Positions 63,895 to 64,000 of a stretch of 64,000 nt of DNA are shown here, piece by piece; the first letter of the stretch is position 1, and each line of letters opens with the position of its first letter. The DNA is taken from positions 158,970,001-159,034,000 of the forward strand of contig NC_086097.1 in assembly GCF_963921235.1 (NCBI RefSeq). Direction: 5' to 3'. Source of the DNA: Mobula hypostoma (taxonomy: Eukaryota). Position numbers and translations under genes: made by a program. Under the pieces are notes generated by a model. It was not told the DNA's origin. It searched no databases and saw nothing but the letters and a program-made list of their open reading frames with translations.

Positions 63895-64000
63895 AGAAGA
63901 GAAGATGACGGTGCGACGCAGCGCGCAGCGGCCACTCCGGTGATGAATATCTGTTATTTGTCAAGTAGGATGCCGTGCACAATCCTGATTTGGTGGAGAC
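63895..64000 (+). mobile_element. Probable 5' end of a young CpG-rich retroelement running off the window
   Basis: Abrupt CpG-rich sequence starting aagatgacggtgcg, similar to the aagatggcg start at 56631. Confidence 0.35.

Overview
This is eukaryotic, repeat-dense vertebrate DNA. The repeat landscape (abundant CR1, Rex1/Babar, HE1/V-SINEs, Penelope terminal repeats) suggests a cartilaginous fish, probably a batoid; this is inference. The only host coding sequence I can support is one + strand exon at 22347-22464, too short for the ORF track. It encodes the C-terminal membrane anchor of a syntaxin-like t-SNARE, best matching TSNARE1, and a splice donor follows 22 nt after its stop codon, so the gene has a 3'UTR intron. 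The rest is intronic/intergenic and mostly transposon-derived. It includes a full-length CR1 with zinc-finger/esterase ORF1 and a tandem-monomer 5' end, a near full-length Rex1/Babar LINE, three solo LTRs with 4-bp TSDs, a deleted Chapaev3-type transposon, Tc1, hAT and Harbinger non-autonomous elements, RTE/CORE/V SINEs, and Penelope repeats with decayed hammerhead ribozymes. Several multi-layer nested insertions can be resolved to the base. I see no prokaryotic operon, CRISPR array or clearly novel biological system; the best leads are listed under findings. Family names come from remembered motifs, not database searches. Boundaries without a TSD or TIR are approximate.
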